Shown here: positions 60,803-64,000 of the stretch, in pieces
How the letters are laid out: every line of letters starts with the position of its first letter
How positions within the stretch are numbered: the first letter of the stretch is position 1
NCBI GenBank assembly: GCA_963775425.1
Contig: CAVZJB010000016.1
Span: forward strand, 192,001 to 256,000
Length of the DNA: 64,000 nt
Source of the DNA: an uncultured delta proteobacterium
Lineage (GTDB): Bacteria > Myxococcota > UBA727 > VGSZ01
Direction: 5' to 3'
Position numbers and translations under genes: made by a program
The notes under the pieces: model-generated
The model's database searches: none
What the model was told of the DNA's origin: nothing
What the model saw: only the letters and a program-made list of their open reading frames with translations

Positions 60803-62788
60803 ATGATCTCCCTCGCCCTCACCCTCGCCGCCCTGGCGACCCCCACCCCCGTCGACGTCCCGCTCCTCGCCTTCCACATCACGCCCGAGGCGCTCACCCA
60901 GCAGTGCGAGCAGGCCGAGAAGGACACCGACGCCGCCCTCAAGAAGCTCGTCGACGTCCCCGACGACAAGCGCACCTTCAAGGACTCGTTCGAGGCGTAC
61001 GACGCCGTCACCGGCGACTACGGTGAGACCATCGCGCGCCTCACCTTCCTCGAGCAGGTGCACACCGACGCCAAGGTCCGCGACGCCGCCACCGCGTGTG
61101 AGGAGCGGGCGGGCAAGTACTCGGTCGCGTTGTCCGCGCGCAAAGATCTCTACATGGCCATGAAGGGCTACCTCGACCACGCGGGCAAGAAGGACAAGCT
61201 CGACGCGCAGCAAAAGCGCCTCGTCGACCTCACCATGCTCGACTTCAAGCGCAACGGCCTCGAGCTGAGCGACAAGGACCGCGAGAAGCTCGTCGAGGTT
61301 CGCAAGAAGCTCACCGAGCTCGAGACCAGGTACTCCAAGAACCTCAACGACGACGCCACGCACTTCGACGTCAAGAAGGACGAGCTCGCGGGCATGCCCG
61401 ACGACTTCGTCAAGGCCCACGAGGACAACAAGCGCCCCGGCGTCTACGTCCTCACCACCAAGTACCCGGACTACTACCCGGTGATGGAGAACTGCTCGGT
61501 CGAGGGCACGCGCAAGAAGATGGAGACCGCCTTCATGAACAAGGGCGGCCCCGACAACCTCAAGCTCCTCGATGAGGCGGTCGCGCTGCGGGCGCAGGCG
61601 GCGCACCTGCTCGGCTACAAGACGCACGCGGACTACGTCGCCGAGGACCGCATGGCCAAGGACGCCAAGACCATCGGCGACTTCCTCGCCCGCATGAAGA
61701 AGGGCCTCGAGCCGGGCCTCGCGTCCGACACGGCCAAGATGGTGAAGCTCAAGGGCAAGGCCCCCATCAACGCGTGGGACTGGCGCTACTACATGAACCA
61801 GGTCAAGAAGACCGAGTACGCCATCGACGACGAGAAGGTCCGCCAGTACTTCCCCGCCGACAAGGTCCTCGACGGGATGTTCAAGGTCTACTCCACCCTC
61901 TTCGGCATCAAGCTCAAGGAGGTGAAGCACCCGGCCGTGTGGGCCGACGGCGTCAAGCTGTTCGAGGTGCACGACAAGCGGAGCAACAAGCTGCTCGCGC
62001 GCTTCTACGTCGACCTCTACCCGCGCGAGGGCAAGTACGGCCACGCCGCCGAGTTCACGCTCTCGCCCGGCCACGCGGTGAAGAAGGGCTACCGCATCCC
62101 GCTGGCGGCGCTCGTCGTGAACTTCCAGCCGCCGCAAAACGGCAAGGCGTCGCACCTGTCGATGGACGAGGTGGACACGCTGTTCCACGAGTTCGGACAC
62201 GTGATGCACGAGTCGCTGACCACGGCGCGCTACGCGTCCATGTCGGGCACCCACGTGGCGCTCGACTTCGTCGAGGCGCCCTCGCAGATGCTCGAGAACT
62301 GGGCGTACCAGCCCGAGGTCCTGAAGATCATCTCGTCGGGCATGCCCGCGGACCTCGCCAAGAAGCTCAACGCCGCCCGCCGCTACGACGCCGGCGTCCG
62401 CTACTCGCGGCAGGTGTTCCTCGCCACGTTCGATCAGGACATCCACACCAGCGACAAGGCCGACGTCGACGCCGTGGCCAAGAAGCTCTGGGCCGAGATC
62501 CTCAAGTTCCCCGAGGACAAGGACGCCCACTTCGCCGGCACGTTCGGCCACATGATGGGCGGCTACGACGGCGGCTACTACGGCTACCTGTGGTCGGAGG
62601 TCTTCGCCGCCGACATGTTCACCCGCTTCCAGAAGGGCGGCGTCTTGAGCAGCAAGGTCGGACGCGAGTACCGCGACCGCGTCATCTCCCGTGGCCGCAC
62701 CGTCGAGCCGGCGGCGCTCTTGAAGGACTTCCTCGGCCGCGCCCCCAACGAGGACGCCTTCCTCACGCAGCTCGGCATCAAGCACTGA
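60803..62788 (+). CDS. Secreted M3 family metallopeptidase (thimet oligopeptidase-like)
   Basis: FYVDLYPREGKYGHAA, LFHEFGHVMH, DFVEAPSQMLENW, FGHMMGGYDGGYYGYLWSEVFAADMF. Confidence 0.95.
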   Translation: MISLALTLAALATPTPVDVPLLAFHITPEALTQQCEQAEKDTDAALKKLVDVPDDKRTFKDSFEAYDAVTGDYGETIARLTFLEQVHTDAKVRDAATACEERAGKYSVALSARKDLYMAMKGYLDHAGKKDKLDAQQKRLVDLTMLDFKRNGLELSDKDREKLVEVRKKLTELETRYSKNLNDDATHFDVKKDELAGMPDDFVKAHEDNKRPGVYVLTTKYPDYYPVMENCSVEGTRKKMETAFMNKGGPDNLKLLDEAVALRAQAAHLLGYKTHADYVAEDRMAKDAKTIGDFLARMKKGLEPGLASDTAKMVKLKGKAPINAWDWRYYMNQVKKTEYAIDDEKVRQYFPADKVLDGMFKVYSTLFGIKLKEVKHPAVWADGVKLFEVHDKRSNKLLARFYVDLYPREGKYGHAAEFTLSPGHAVKKGYRIPLAALVVNFQPPQNGKASHLSMDEVDTLFHEFGHVMHESLTTARYASMSGTHVALDFVEAPSQMLENWAYQPEVLKIISSGMPADLAKKLNAARRYDAGVRYSRQVFLATFDQDIHTSDKADVDAVAKKLWAEILKFPEDKDAHFAGTFGHMMGGYDGGYYGYLWSEVFAADMFTRFQKGGVLSSKVGREYRDRVISRGRTVEPAALLKDFLGRAPNEDAFLTQLGIKH

Positions 62789-62985
62789 TTTCTTGGCGCG
62801 CTTCGCGCGGGGCCCTCCGGGCCCCCCACGCGCTGCGCGCGCGGGCCCCCCCGGGCTTGAGCGCGCGAACGGCTTGATGCCGCTCGCGGAGCTCGCGCTC
62901 TCGCGAGAGACCGCCGTCCCGCAAAATGGCGCGGTCCGAAAGCAGCGGCGAAGTCGGCCTCGCAGCAGACTGCCGCGGCCGCCTT

Positions 62986-63167
62986 CGCCGCGCCCCCCTT
63001 CGAGGGCTTGTCGTCCCCGGCCGCTTGAGGACCCCGCGCTTCCACACGCCGCGCCCCCCTTCGAGGGCTTGTCGTCCCCGGCCGCTTGAGGACCCCGCGC
63101 TTCCACACGCCGCGCCCCCCTTCGAGGCTTGTCGTCCCCGGCCGCTTCAGGCCCCCGCGCTTCCACG
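62986..63167. repeat. Intergenic 61-bp tandem repeat x3
   Basis: cgccgcgccccccttcgagggcttgtcgtccccggccgcttgaggaccccgcgcttccaca: two identical copies and a third with a few changes. Confidence 0.92.
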
Positions 63168-63219
63168 CGAACGCCCCCCGCGCTCCCCCTTCGCTCCCTT
63201 CGCTCCCTCCGGCCGCTCG

Positions 63220-63816
63220 TCAGCGGCGGCGGTAGACGACGGTGAGGTTGTTCGCCGGCATCTCCACCACCTCGTCGAGGGCGAGGCCCTCCGCCGCGGC
63301 GACGACGTCCTCGAGCTTGCGCACCCCCCACGCAGGGTTGCGCGCGCGCAGGCTCTCGTCGAAGGCCAGGTTCGACCGCGCCGTCTCCACCCCGTCGCGA
63401 ACGTAGGGGCCGTACAGCACGAGCGGCCCGCCCTTCGGCAACAGCGCCGCCGCGTGCCTCAGGAGCCCGAGGCACGCCGCCCAGGGCGCGATGTGGACCA
63501 TGTTGATGCACACCATCGCCGCCACCGACGACGGCGCCGCCGGCCACGCGGGCGCCGTCGCGTCGAGCGCCAGCGGGGCGCGCACGTTCTCGAGCCCCGA
63601 GACACGGACGCGCTCCGCGATGCTCTCCCGCGCCGAAGCGTCCGCGTCACTCGGGACGAACAACAGCGCCGGCAGGTGCTCCGCGAAGAACACCACGTGC
63701 TCGCCGCTGCCCTCGGCGAGCTCGAGCACCGTCCCCGACGCCGGCAGCACGCGCCGCAGCACCTCGAGGATCGGCCCCTTGTTCCGCGCCGCCGCCGGCG
63801 ACGTCAAAAGAGGCAT
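63220..63816 (-). CDS. DUF938 family SAM-dependent methyltransferase
   Basis: SPAAARNKGPILEVL, CINMVHIAPW, LYGPY, SNLAFDESLRARNPAWGVR, MPANNL. Confidence 0.92.
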   Translation of the reverse strand: MPLLTSPAAARNKGPILEVLRRVLPASGTVLELAEGSGEHVVFFAEHLPALLFVPSDADASARESIAERVRVSGLENVRAPLALDATAPAWPAAPSSVAAMVCINMVHIAPWAACLGLLRHAAALLPKGGPLVLYGPYVRDGVETARSNLAFDESLRARNPAWGVRKLEDVVAAAEGLALDEVVEMPANNLTVVYRRR

Positions 63817-63865
63817 GCGCCCTCCCACGCCCGGGCGACGAGCCCGAGCGGCGGACACGGTGGGC

Positions 63866-64000
63866 TCAACGGCCGCCGAGGATCTCGCACTCGGGGAAGA
63901 ACCAGGCGATCTCGGTCTTCGCCGTCTCCGGCGCGTCCGAGCCGTGCACCGTGTTCTCGCCGATGGATGAGGCGAACAGCTTGCGGATGGTGCCGGCGTC
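63866..64000 (-). CDS. ndk: Nucleoside diphosphate kinase, 3' part (truncated by the window edge)
   Basis: [33 protein letters not shown] contains the NxxHGSD catalytic motif. Confidence 0.95.
   Translation of the reverse strand, partial: DAGTIRKLFASSIGENTVHGSDAPETAKTEIAWFFPECEILGGR

Noticed and set aside
62986-63167. Possible CRISPR array
   Set aside because: The units are contiguous 61-bp copies with no unique spacers, and there are no cas genes in the window.
56966-63547. Very long alternative-frame ORFs (e.g. 56966-60043, 60677-63547; also 15025-17814, 32427-35150)
   Set aside because: They are antisense or shifted shadows of real genes, expected at this GC content, with no family motifs.

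Overview
This is a high-GC bacterial chromosomal segment, most likely Myxococcota or a relative. That inference rests on two MYXO-CTERM-like tails plus fibro-slime, DUF4388, PEGA and Ig-like/vWA proteins. The window is gene-dense and mostly housekeeping or envelope: lepA-lepB, yfgM/bamB-like, mutT-like, era, leuS, tRNA-Met(CAT), bamA, hutF, pspA, tldD-tldE, dnaK, argS, purC, trmL, an M3 peptidase and partial ndk. No transposase, integrase, prophage or CRISPR array was seen. Main observations: (1) a 28-bp XerCD dif-like site at 13156-13183, supported by converging KOPS octamers and gene orientation, and flanked by mirror-oriented arrays of an unrecognised motif; (2) a cytochrome c plus Cyc2-like cytochrome-porin operon with a sigma54-type promoter; (3) many genes with a TANNNT box 5-7 nt before the start codon, i.e. 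leaderless architecture; (4) two apparent pseudo-enzymes; (5) a heme-motif temptin-like surface protein; (6) a decayed tRNA-associated islet, recurrent intergenic motifs and a 61-bp tandem array. All assignments come from motif recognition by eye; no database search was run, and many start codons were chosen by hand.
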